From positions 1 through 40,180 of the IMG/VR virus record IMGVR_UViG_3300030372_003250: DNA of 40,180 nucleotides; one strand, 5' to 3'. This document shows positions 1 to 7,214 of this stretch, in pieces. Numbering within the stretch: position 1 is the first letter of the stretch; each line of letters opens with the position of its first letter. The DNA comes from a virus. Taxonomy: Duplodnaviria > Caudoviricetes. The notes below the pieces were generated by a model that was not told where the DNA came from, searched no databases, and worked only from the letters and a program-made list of their open reading frames with translations. The position numbers were made by a program, and so were the translations under genes.

Positions 1-119
1 GACAGAAAAAGAACCGGCACAAGATACAGCGTTTGCAATTTATAATTGCTTAAAGAATAAAAGCTGTTCAGAGCTTAAAAGATTATAGAAAAATATAAAT
101 CTATGATCTATTGATAAAA

Positions 120-178
120 ACCCTAGCCCCGAGGGTAAACGGGGCAAGAATTTTAATGAAAACTAAATAATGGAGGTT
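120..178 (+). repeat. Early-gene leader repeat copy 1 (H-type pseudoknot + AATGGAGGT RBS)
   Basis: S1 ACCCT(120-124)/AGGGT(132-136); S2 GCCCCG(126-131)/CGGGGC(140-145); then AAGAATTTT...AATGGAGGTT. Lacks the TCT(C/T)AA box. Confidence 0.85.
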
Positions 179-183
179 ATCAA

Positions 184-441
184 GTGAGTAGCTACAATGA
201 AATAGTAGAAGTGAAGAGAGTTGGTCATCAAGTACCGGTAAAAATAGACGGGAAATTTAATATTCTAACTCTGAAATATATTCCCGGTCAAGAGCAACAT
301 AATTCTTATGCTTATAATACAGTAGGGAATAGAAGTTGTCACACTTTTAATAAACCGCTTGAATTCATAGCTAACGGCAATTATCCGACTAAATTCAAGA
401 GGGGCGGACATCTTTACGAAATAATAGACAGACGCAAATAA
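184..441 (+). CDS. hypothetical early protein (85 aa)
   Basis: GTG start 7 nt after GGAGG; fills the space between two leader repeats. Confidence 0.8.
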   Translation: MSSYNEIVEVKRVGHQVPVKIDGKFNILTLKYIPGQEQHNSYAYNTVGNRSCHTFNKPLEFIANGNYPTKFKRGGHLYEIIDRRK

Positions 442-447
442 AAAAAA

Positions 448-509
448 GACCTAGCCGGGAGGCTAATAAAACCCGGCAAAAATTTTCTCAACTAAACAAA
501 ATGGAGGTT
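448..509 (+). repeat. Leader repeat copy 2
   Basis: S1 G-a-CCT(448-452)/AGGC(460-463); S2 GCCGGG(454-459)/CCCGGC(472-477); AAAAATTTTCTCAAC...AATGGAGGTT. Confidence 0.85.
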
Positions 510-514
510 ATAGG

Positions 515-811
515 ATGCTAAATACATACTATGAAAAAAGAACAGTAAAAGTGAATAATATGCTATCAAATAATGGAAATAGAATAGCTAATCAATTTGA
601 AATACAGACCGATGATGGTTTGTACTTTCAGAGTTATGAATCTATTATTGCAATTAAACCGAATGACGGTTCAAAAATAATATTAGATGAATATTATTGG
701 AATTATTCAAGAACTACCGGAAAATACAGAAATATTTTTCTAAATGAATCTAAAGCAGATACACAGAAAAAAATTGATTCCGGTGAATATCTCTTAGCTG
801 ACCTTAACTAA
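515..811 (+). CDS. phage hypothetical protein (ANQF...FQSY.SIIA...WNYSRTTGKY type)
   Basis: Strong RBS; motif pattern resembles a recurrent small phage protein family of unknown function. Confidence 0.85.
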   Translation: MLNTYYEKRTVKVNNMLSNNGNRIANQFEIQTDDGLYFQSYESIIAIKPNDGSKIILDEYYWNYSRTTGKYRNIFLNESKADTQKKIDSGEYLLADLN

Positions 812-816
812 CACCC

Positions 817-870
817 GACCCGCTCGGGGGCAAATAATACCGAGCAAAATTTTTCTTAACTAATGGAGGT
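817..870 (+). repeat. Leader repeat copy 3
   Basis: S1 G-a-CCC(817-821)/GGGC(828-831); S2 GCTCGG(822-827)/CCGAGC(840-845); AAAATTTTTCTTAACTAATGGAGGT. Confidence 0.85.
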
Positions 871-876
871 AATAAC

Positions 877-1182
877 ATGATATATACAATAGAAACACCC
901 GGAATTGATGGTCTTTGCGGAGTGTTCACAAATAAGGAAATATTAATTCAAACGATAAAAAAATATTTCCAAACATGGAGAGCCGACCCTATAAAGCTGA
1001 AAGAATTTTTAAAAGAAATTAAAAGTTCAGATTTTGAAGGCGGTTCTATAGATGCTTATGAACTTGATGAAGATTTAGGCGGAAAAGATTGGATGAAGAT
1101 AGATGAAAATAGTTATTTCTTTAGGTCTCATGAGGTTTATGTTGATGTTTGGCCGAATAACTCGACTAGATATTTCAACTAA
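877..1182 (+). CDS. hypothetical early protein (101 aa)
   Basis: ATG 7 nt after GGAGG; bounded by leader repeats. Confidence 0.8.
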   Translation: MIYTIETPGIDGLCGVFTNKEILIQTIKKYFQTWRADPIKLKEFLKEIKSSDFEGGSIDAYELDEDLGGKDWMKIDENSYFFRSHEVYVDVWPNNSTRYFN

Positions 1183-1190
1183 ACAAACCA

Positions 1191-1248
1191 CGACCCAACC
1201 CGGGGGCGAACAATACCGGGTAAAAATTTTTCTTAATAAAATGGAGGT
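1191..1248 (+). repeat. Leader repeat copy 4
   Basis: S1 CG-a-CCC(1191-1196)/GGGCG(1204-1208); S2 ACCCGG(1198-1203)/CCGGGT(1216-1221); AAAAATTTTTCTTAATAAAATGGAGGT. Confidence 0.85.
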
Positions 1249-1254
1249 AATACA

Positions 1255-1536
1255 ATGGAAAAAATAACAAGTGGCCTAGACCATGTAACGGCTAATCTAT
1301 ATGAAACTGAATTATACAGTCAGCATTATACAGTTTTAGTTTGTTCTCACATATTAACTAGTTACGGGATTGAGTTTGATAATTTTGAAGAACTATATAG
1401 TGAGACTGTAAAGCTATATAATCAATGGCAATATTGGGACGACATAAAAAGTCCCCAAGTTCCGTGGATTGAATCGTTTAAAATGTTCCTAAAATGGAAA
1501 GACTACAAAAACATACGAGTTACTTGGAGTAAATAA
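1255..1536 (+). CDS. hypothetical early protein (93 aa)
   Basis: ATG 7 nt after GGAGG; bounded by leader repeats. Confidence 0.8.
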   Translation: MEKITSGLDHVTANLYETELYSQHYTVLVCSHILTSYGIEFDNFEELYSETVKLYNQWQYWDDIKSPQVPWIESFKMFLKWKDYKNIRVTWSK

Positions 1537-1544
1537 CAATAAAC

Positions 1545-1602
1545 AACCCTAGCCGGGGAGGGTTAGACCCCGGCAAAGAATTTTCTTAATAAAATGGAGG
1601 TT
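1545..1602 (+). repeat. Leader repeat copy 5
   Basis: S1 AACCCT(1545-1550)/AGGGTT(1559-1564); S2 GCCGGGG(1552-1558)/CCCCGGC(1568-1574); AAAGAATTTTCTTAATAAAATGGAGGTT. Confidence 0.88.
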
Positions 1603-1607
1603 AAAAC

Positions 1608-1943
1608 ATGATAAAAACACTAGAAGAAATGCAACCGTATGAGTACCAACCGGTTATGTTGTGGGACAATGGAAAAGTAGAACATTCTGCAAGGGTCTGT
1701 TCTGTTTGTGATGATGGTATGTTAAGCGGTTATGTTTTATTTGATGGGCAAGATTATGCGTGTACAGATGAATGTTTATATAAGCTGAAAGACCATAAAG
1801 GTAATCTATGGACATTAGAATCGTTTAGCGATTATTATGAAGAATATGAAGACGGAAATAGTGATTGCTATTGGACTGATTGGTATGAATGCGATGAATA
1901 TGAGTGTCACATCTGCGAAGCAATAATAGGTGAAGAGGAATAA
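1608..1943 (+). CDS. acidic Cys-rich (probable Zn-binding) hypothetical protein
   Basis: CSVC, CTDEC and CHIC motifs; very D/E-rich; strong RBS. Confidence 0.8.
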   Translation: MIKTLEEMQPYEYQPVMLWDNGKVEHSARVCSVCDDGMLSGYVLFDGQDYACTDECLYKLKDHKGNLWTLESFSDYYEEYEDGNSDCYWTDWYECDEYECHICEAIIGEEE

Positions 1944-1945
1944 CC

Positions 1946-2001
1946 AACCTACCCGGAGGGTTAAATCCGGGAAGATTTTTCTCAACAAAACAATGGAGGT
2001 T
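1946..2001 (+). repeat. Leader repeat copy 6
   Basis: S1 AACCT(1946-1950)/GGGTT(1958-1962, one U.G); S2 CCCGGA(1952-1957)/TCCGGG(1966-1971); AAGATTTTTCTCAAC...AATGGAGGTT. Confidence 0.85.
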
Positions 2002-2004
2002 AAT

Positions 2005-2223
2005 ATGTCAATAAATGACAGAATAGTAACTATTGCCCTAGATAGTTGGACGAATGTAGATAGATGGGTAAGATTACTAAAATCAGTAGATGACACTATT
2101 TCTCAAGTGGATAATAATCCAGAACAATACTGTACAAATGACCCGTGGGTTATGGACTTACAGAATTTCAGAGATAGAGTTGCTATGGTACTTGATAGAG
2201 TACAGAAACGGAGTGCATATTGA
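2005..2223 (+). CDS. hypothetical protein (72 aa, MSINDRIV...)
   Basis: Start moved from 1930 to the ATG at 2005, which follows the leader RBS. Confidence 0.75.
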   Translation: MSINDRIVTIALDSWTNVDRWVRLLKSVDDTISQVDNNPEQYCTNDPWVMDLQNFRDRVAMVLDRVQKRSAY

Positions 2224-2498
2224 AGAAGTTAATCAAAAGCTGTTTAGCTCATACAATAACTCTAAGGTTTTTTAAAATATGTAAAGAATATCATTGGCCA
2301 GAGCCAAAGTTAAAAAGTTCTTTAGCTGAAGCGAAAAACCTTATTGATTGGGAGCTAAGAGGCAAGTCAATTAATTATGAAGATAAAGACGAATATGAAA
2401 AAGTAGTCACTTGGTTAAGTGGAGCTTTAGCCGATATTTATTCTGAAACTTTGCCAGAGCTACAATATAGACTCGATCAAAAAAACCGGAGTGCATAA
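2220..2498 (+). CDS. hypothetical protein (92 aa)
   Basis: TTG start overlapping the upstream stop (TTGA); GGAG upstream. Confidence 0.7.
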   Translation: MKKLIKSCLAHTITLRFFKICKEYHWPEPKLKSSLAEAKNLIDWELRGKSINYEDKDEYEKVVTWLSGALADIYSETLPELQYRLDQKNRSA

Positions 2499-2863
2499 TG
2501 AATGTAGGCGTAATATGGATAGAACTTGACCAGAAGGTTAAGAAGTTAAAAAATGAATTAGCTCACTATGAATCTGAAAGTGGTTGGTTTAAAACTATGT
2601 TCAGCATGGGAGTAATTCATTATGGCCAGAGGCTAAGTCCAGATAGTGAAAGTGGAACAGATTGGTATATAGTAAGTGGTAAGAAAAGTGAAGATGAAAT
2701 CTATCAGATTAAGATGAAACTTGGAATAGCCAAAGATACTGATAGAGGTATCTGGGACGATAACGATTGGGATTGTTCTGGAAAACTCTTGAAATCAGAG
2801 CCGATAGTAAAAAAGTCTAAAACAAGATATTTGATAAAACAATCTTGGAGTTATGACTTTTAG
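2498..2863 (+). CDS. hypothetical protein (121 aa)
   Basis: TAATG coupling, GGAG upstream. Confidence 0.75.
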   Translation: MNVGVIWIELDQKVKKLKNELAHYESESGWFKTMFSMGVIHYGQRLSPDSESGTDWYIVSGKKSEDEIYQIKMKLGIAKDTDRGIWDDNDWDCSGKLLKSEPIVKKSKTRYLIKQSWSYDF

Positions 2864-2946
2864 GGTAGTATGGTATTGGAGGGGTTCGACTCCCCTCCTA
2901 CCCTCTCTAGCATGATGCTAGTATCTCAATAATAAAAATGGAGGTT
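2862..2946 (+). repeat. Leader type II copy 1: tRNA acceptor/T-arm mimic + hairpin + RBS box
   Basis: AGGGTAG(2862-2868)/CTACCCT(2898-2904) stacked on GAGGGG-TTCGACT-CCCCTC; CT; CTAGCA-TGA-TGCTAG(2907-2921); TATCTCAA...AAATGGAGGTT. Confidence 0.8.
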
Positions 2947-2949
2947 CTT

Positions 2950-4380
2950 ATGTCTATGTTTGAAATAGATATTAAGGGATTCAGACAATTACAAAAGGGA
3001 CGACCAAAATGGCATTTTGTTCGGGAACTGATTAGTAATAGTCTGGATGAGGTTAGTGTAAGTAAAATCAAAGTAACGATTAAAAAAGTTGCCAGATACT
3101 GTACTTTTTCAGTAGAGGATAATGGTGATGGATTTGAGAAGTTATCCGATGCGTATACTATGTTTGGCTTTACCAAGAAGAGATTAGACCCTACAGTACG
3201 AGGTCGATTCAATCTTGGTGAAAAAGAACTAGCGTCCATATCAAAAAAGATGGAAGTAGCTACGACCACGGGTACAGTTAGGTTTGATGGTGTAAAATGT
3301 ACTAAACACCCTAAGACCAAAACTGAACACGGGACGACAGTAACAGCTACTATACCAATGAACAATAAGGAATTCGACACACTTGTTGAAAGACTGAAAT
3401 TGTTCATAGTACCACTTGGTAAAAATATTGTTTTTGTCATTAATGATGAACACAAAATGTATAATGGATATAGTGAGCCAGAGTTCAATACAGAAGTAAC
3501 TCTACCTACTGTCATCCTAGATGAAGAGTTGGGAATGATGAAAAATACCAAAAGGAAAACAAAGCTAGATGTCTATGATTCTTCAAATGATGAAGATGCA
3601 TGGCTTTGTGAGCTAGGTATACCCGTCCAGAAAATCGATTGCGAATATACTGTTAATGTTCACCAGAAGATTCCTATGAACACAAATAGGGATTCAGTTA
3701 GCGATAGTTACTTAACCAAAATATTTGGTGCAGTACTATCATTAACACATGAAGAGCTAACAGATGATAATGTATCCGAGCCGTGGGTAAAGCAAGGGTC
3801 ACAAGACCCAGATGTACCCAAAGAGGCCTTTGTGTCAATTCGAAATAAACGATATGGTAATAAGAAAGTTGCCTTCTGGAGTAGTGATACACAAGCCAAT
3901 GAAAAAGCTCTCGCAGAGGGTTACCATTTAACTACCAGAAATGAACTTTCAAGGGTTGAAAAGGAGCGTCTGGGAGAAATTGGTATTAAGTTTGCTAGTG
4001 AAGAGTTCAAAATGAGCTTTAAACACGCAGATAGGATTGCTCAAGATGGTTGGACTCAATCAATGACTGATTACAATCTATTCGTAAAGACGATATGCAC
4101 TTTGATAGGGTATGACACTCGCATGGTTTATTATGTTAATGATAAACAAATAAGTGCCAGAGCGTATACTAATGGAAAGACTGAAATCACTTTTAATTTA
4201 GCACACTATAAAGGTGGTTTGAATTTTGATCCCTACAATGAGGTCAATCTGGGTACTATCTTACACGAGCTATCCCATCATAAGGTAGACGAAAAGCTGT
4301 CGCATGGAAGTGATTGGTATCACGAATTAGAGCGAATAGCCGGGAAATTCGTCAAACATCATCTAGTGAAATTAATGTAA
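2950..4380 (+). CDS. GHKL (Hsp90/MutL/MORC-type) ATPase fused to a C-terminal HExxH zinc metallopeptidase-like domain
   Basis: Bergerat motifs RELISNSLD, VEDNGDGF, RGRFNLGEK, HGTTV; C-terminal ILHELSH-x7-HGSDW. Start moved to 2950, after the RBS. Confidence 0.85.
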   Translation: MSMFEIDIKGFRQLQKGRPKWHFVRELISNSLDEVSVSKIKVTIKKVARYCTFSVEDNGDGFEKLSDAYTMFGFTKKRLDPTVRGRFNLGEKELASISKKMEVATTTGTVRFDGVKCTKHPKTKTEHGTTVTATIPMNNKEFDTLVERLKLFIVPLGKNIVFVINDEHKMYNGYSEPEFNTEVTLPTVILDEELGMMKNTKRKTKLDVYDSSNDEDAWLCELGIPVQKIDCEYTVNVHQKIPMNTNRDSVSDSYLTKIFGAVLSLTHEELTDDNVSEPWVKQGSQDPDVPKEAFVSIRNKRYGNKKVAFWSSDTQANEKALAEGYHLTTRNELSRVEKERLGEIGIKFASEEFKMSFKHADRIAQDGWTQSMTDYNLFVKTICTLIGYDTRMVYYVNDKQISARAYTNGKTEITFNLAHYKGGLNFDPYNEVNLGTILHELSHHKVDEKLSHGSDWYHELERIAGKFVKHHLVKLM

Positions 4381-4398
4381 ATTAAATTAGTTGATGTC

Positions 4399-4473
4399 AG
4401 CATGGTAAAGGTTCGATTCCTTTATCATGCTCTGTCGCATGGTGCGACTAATCTCAACAAAATAAATGGAGGT
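4399..4473 (+). repeat. Leader type II copy 2: 13-bp T-loop hairpin + hairpin + RBS box
   Basis: AGCATGGTAAAGG-TTCGATT-CCTTTATCATGCT(4399-4431); CT; GTCGCA-TGG-TGCGAC(4434-4448); TAATCTCAAC...AAATGGAGGT. Confidence 0.8.
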
Positions 4474-4476
4474 ATT

Positions 4477-4617
4477 ATGATATACTTACAAATTACATTG
4501 GAAAATGAAGACCAGAAAAAGATATTCCTTGAGTATCTTAAAGAAGGTGAAGCAGAAGGTCGTTTAGACTTTGCATTTAATGTTAAAAATGTCAATAAAG
4601 ATGAAAGGGTTGGATGA
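4477..4617 (+). CDS. small hypothetical protein (46 aa, MIYLQITLE...)
   Basis: ATG right after the leader RBS; the track's 4402 start lies inside the RNA structure. Confidence 0.7.
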   Translation: MIYLQITLENEDQKKIFLEYLKEGEAEGRLDFAFNVKNVNKDERVG

Positions 4618-5063
4618 TGTTTACAGTTACTGTTAAAAATGAAATGAAGGATAAGACACTTTGTAATATTCTACAGATTGCTTTCGATGGTGGTATCAAT
4701 TATTGGTGTCAATCAGCATTTGTCTTGGACAATGATAATATGCATATAACAAACCCTAATTTACCAGAGCATTGTATGGATGATTTTATCAAAGACAAAC
4801 TCACATCAAATATATTCAATTTTGATAAGTGGGAAGACGCTGATTATGATAAATATTGGCTTAGGTTTATATTATCTGAACCTTTTTTTGAAAATGGGCA
4901 ATTAGAATACGATATAGACTATCATGACTTGGTAAAAGCTCTGGAGAAGTGGATGAATGATAATAAAAAAATCTCTATTGGACTTAATGGTGACCATCTG
5001 GATGCCGGTGATTGTGATTCAATAGTGCAAATTGCTTTGTTTGGAAAGGTGGTGTTTGGATAA
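4614..5063 (+). CDS. phage hypothetical protein (GGINYW...DAGDCDSIVQIALFG type)
   Basis: ATGA coupling; motif pattern resembles a recurrent phage family of unknown function. Confidence 0.8.
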   Translation: MMFTVTVKNEMKDKTLCNILQIAFDGGINYWCQSAFVLDNDNMHITNPNLPEHCMDDFIKDKLTSNIFNFDKWEDADYDKYWLRFILSEPFFENGQLEYDIDYHDLVKALEKWMNDNKKISIGLNGDHLDAGDCDSIVQIALFGKVVFG

Positions 5064-5317
5064 TGGCATATATAGGATGTGAAGTGATACACAAATGCAG
5101 TAATGGATATGAGTATTACTACCACGAAGAGGAGCTAATAGGATTAGTTCAAGATAGAATATATGTAGATGAAAGTATCATACGAAAAGCAATAGATGAG
5201 TTGACGGAAATGAAAATCATATCAACAGAATGTGATAAAAATGGAGATACAGTTTACGACGATGGAGACCTTGACCAGATAGTAGATGAAGTAGAATTCG
5301 CAAAGGAGTATAAATAA
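5063..5317 (+). CDS. acidic hypothetical protein (84 aa)
   Basis: TAATG coupling; D/E-rich. Confidence 0.75.
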   Translation: MAYIGCEVIHKCSNGYEYYYHEEELIGLVQDRIYVDESIIRKAIDELTEMKIISTECDKNGDTVYDDGDLDQIVDEVEFAKEYK

Positions 5318-5323
5318 GGAAAG

Positions 5324-5512
5324 GTGAAGATGAACGAATACAGACAAAGACAGAAGTACATTGAAGAAGAGGTTGATAATGTGGTTTCAATTAGGGCAAA
5401 CATTACAGAGCAAGATTACTTGCAACTGAAATCAAATGCCGTATTAAGTGGCCTTACATTACAACAATACTTTGGACAAGTGTTACGGAGAGTCGTCACG
5501 AAAAGTGAATAG
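5324..5512 (+). CDS. small putative DNA-binding protein (ribbon-helix-helix-like)
   Basis: Strand VSIRANI followed by two helices (EQDYLQLKSNA-xx-SG-LTLQQYFGQVL); AAGGA upstream. Confidence 0.55.
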   Translation: MKMNEYRQRQKYIEEEVDNVVSIRANITEQDYLQLKSNAVLSGLTLQQYFGQVLRRVVTKSE

Positions 5513-5524
5513 AGGAGGTATTGG

Positions 5525-5561
5525 AAAAGACCCCAGAGTAAAATCTGGGGTCTTTTTTTTT
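5525..5561. terminator. Rho-independent, probably bidirectional terminator
   Basis: AAAAGACCCCAGA-GTAAAA-TCTGGGGTCTTTT with a T9 run, between convergent operons. Confidence 0.9.
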
Positions 5562-5621
5562 GCCTAAAAATACCGGTGCGTTTTCATGCATGGGACATAG
5601 TTAGGCTTTGCACAACCTTTC

Positions 5622-5873
5622 TCAGCCATCGACTTTCTTATCAATGTCTATTTTGCCAACGCTGTGCAAATAAGTATATCTATCCCTAAGTAGGTTGATA
5701 AGGACAGCAAATCTATCTGGTGCTAAATGGATCAACTGACCTTTGTATTTAAATTTATAGTTCTTAACAAATAATAATTCCTTTACTCCAATAGTTTCTT
5801 CAGCTTTAATGTATGAGCTTAAACATTCTTTCCAATCTGGGTGGTCACCATAATATTCTTTTTCAATCGCCAC
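5622..5873 (-). CDS. hypothetical protein
   Basis: Open frame; start more likely GTG 5873, coupled to the upstream small gene, than 5912. Confidence 0.6.
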   Translation of the reverse strand: MAIEKEYYGDHPDWKECLSSYIKAEETIGVKELLFVKNYKFKYKGQLIHLAPDRFAVLINLLRDRYTYLHSVGKIDIDKKVDG

Positions 5874-6015
5874 TAGGTATATATATCTCTGCCTCCAGAT
5901 TACAATTATCACAGCTATAAATTGAGGCTATACCCTCCCCCTCTATATGTAAATCACAAAAATCAAAATCATTATTCCACCTTAAATCATCACCGCAATT
6001 ACCACAAGTCCACAT
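5863..6015 (-). CDS. small Zn-ribbon protein (50 aa; MWTCGNCGDDLRW...SCDNCNLEAEIYIPSGD), absent from ORF track
   Basis: Translated by hand; TAATG coupling to upstream gene; two CxxC pairs. Confidence 0.75.
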   Translation of the reverse strand: MWTCGNCGDDLRWNNDFDFCDLHIEGEGIASIYSCDNCNLEAEIYIPSGD

Positions 6016-6338
6016 TATATAATCTCCCCATCCATAGCTAGGTTTTTCCCACAGTCATCACAAACTAAATTCTCCACAACATTATTCTCTGGTTCACTAG
6101 GGATATAAGTATAATTCAAATGATTACAAGACCTCTTTATCTGAATCATTTTAATGGCACAATACACCAGACCATCCATTACTTCCTCAAGTGTTTCTTG
6201 TATCATATCTCTGGGGTCATCAATAGAGATAGCATCCCCATACTTCTTAGCTCCCTCCATCATTCTTTCCCCAATTAAATCCATTACTTCATCATTTATT
6301 GGGGACTTCCCCCCTACCCTTTTGTGCATTTTGGACAT
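6015..6338 (-). CDS. putative all-alpha NTP pyrophosphohydrolase (MazG-like) with C-terminal Zn knuckle
   Basis: RMMEGAKKYG...ETLEEVMDGLVY (ExxEExxD) pattern; CNH...CDDCG tail. Confidence 0.5.
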   Translation of the reverse strand: MSKMHKRVGGKSPINDEVMDLIGERMMEGAKKYGDAISIDDPRDMIQETLEEVMDGLVYCAIKMIQIKRSCNHLNYTYIPSEPENNVVENLVCDDCGKNLAMDGEII

Positions 6339-6577
6339 ACTTTTTTTTCCTTACCAAGTTTTACATAACAATCATAATACAAATACAAGCGTCTACCATT
6401 TCGAAAGGTTTCTTCCCAACCTTTATCACAATCTGGACAACGCTTTACACTTTTATCTGCGTTGTCTGTAGAGGTATCAGTTATATAATTTTTATCTGGT
6501 ACTTCCCTATCTTTACTTTTCTCTATAGCGTCTATTACCCATTGAATAGACTTTCCTTTATTATAGATAGCCAACAC
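6314..6577 (-). CDS. Zn-finger hypothetical protein
   Basis: CPDC...CPKC; start uncertain. Confidence 0.7.
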   Translation of the reverse strand: MLAIYNKGKSIQWVIDAIEKSKDREVPDKNYITDTSTDNADKSVKRCPDCDKGWEETFRNGRRLYLYYDCYVKLGKEKKVCPKCTKG

Positions 6578-6601
6578 GACCGCATCCTAACTATCCTCCA
6601 A

Positions 6602-6826
6602 TTAATCACAAACACCCTCCTCACATTTAGATGGTGGTAACCCTTCGTATTTAACTTCAGCTTTATCTAAACCATTTCGAATCATTGTGGTCATTCTTAA
6701 AGCGTTCTCAACATCAATATCTTTTATCCAACTATATTGTAATTCTTTCCCATGTAAGGATAACATCTTTAAACTTTTAAGTAGTAGGTCTATCCCTATA
6801 TCATCTGTATTTATATTAATTTTCAT
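6602..6826 (-). CDS. hypothetical protein (74 aa)
   Basis: In-operon ORF overlapping the upstream stop region. Confidence 0.7.
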   Translation of the reverse strand: MKININTDDIGIDLLLKSLKMLSLHGKELQYSWIKDIDVENALRMTTMIRNGLDKAEVKYEGLPPSKCEEGVCD

Positions 6827-7214
6827 AGCAACCTTTACACATTTTGTATTTTTTAAATTCCTTTATAGTTTGATACTTACCGCAAATATCACAATAAACA
6901 TTTTTATCATGTCTAGCATTTTTCATTCTATCAGCAAATAATTTCTTTCTATCCTTTGAGACCTTATCAACATTATTAAACAAGTCGTTCAAGTCATCAA
7001 CCAAGTCTTTTTGAGGAGTAATATCTAATGAGTCCTCTATTTTCATATTAGAATTAGCAGTTGAAATCTTTTCTTTTATTAATATTGAAAAACTATGTGT
7101 CCCATGTTGTCTTCTTTTTATGATAAATCTATCTTTGTCGTAATCTTTTAATACATTTTTTTCAAATTCGTCTATTGCATCTCTAGTAGTAAATCGTATG
7201 ACGTTAGTTTTCAT
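6816..7214 (-). CDS. hypothetical protein with C-terminal Zn finger
   Basis: CDIC...CKGC; GGAGG RBS; ATGA coupling. Confidence 0.75.
   Translation of the reverse strand: MKTNVIRFTTRDAIDEFEKNVLKDYDKDRFIIKRRQHGTHSFSILIKEKISTANSNMKIEDSLDITPQKDLVDDLNDLFNNVDKVSKDRKKLFADRMKNARHDKNVYCDICGKYQTIKEFKKYKMCKGCYEN

Noticed and set aside
1-119. Terminal repeat shared with the right end, or a clear sigma70 early promoter
   Set aside because: No match to 40060-40180 seen; only short palindromes (GCAATT-TAT-AATTGC) and no well-spaced -35/-10 pair, so completeness is not proven.
120-2001. CRISPR array or integron attC array
   Set aside because: Spacers are whole genes of ~220-340 bp; repeats conserve structure rather than sequence; no cas genes; no attC RYYYAAC/GTTRRRY ends; the integrase has its own attP.
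120-2001. ToxI-type antitoxin repeats, preQ1/SAM-II riboswitches or HDV-like ribozymes
   Set aside because: Copies are not tandem and no ToxN-like gene was recognised; conserved ligand-binding or catalytic nucleotides and the nested HDV topology are not evident. An Rfam search is still needed.
120-2001. Simple intrinsic terminators between early genes
   Set aside because: The T-run is separated from the stem by 4-6 purines, and the loop pairs with upstream sequence in every copy.
1930-2004. Track start sites at 1930 (likewise 2938, 4402, 11535, 12296, 28613)
   Set aside because: They run through leader structures, the RBS itself or the upstream gene; downstream ATGs have proper RBS spacing or coupling.
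2862-2904. tRNA genes here, at 4399-4431 and at 13370-13393
   Set aside because: Only T-arm/acceptor-like parts; no D or anticodon arms.
2907-3551. 214-aa minus-strand ORF and other antisense/nested ORFs (e.g. 1815-2096, 6154-6471, 16774-17223, 33171-33482, 39483-39815)
   Set aside because: Shadows of well-supported genes, with no RBS or motifs.
4297-4442. 11-bp direct repeat CTGTCGCATGG (4297-4307, 4432-4442)
   Set aside because: Short, and the first copy encodes the putative metal-ligand His region; chance cannot be excluded.
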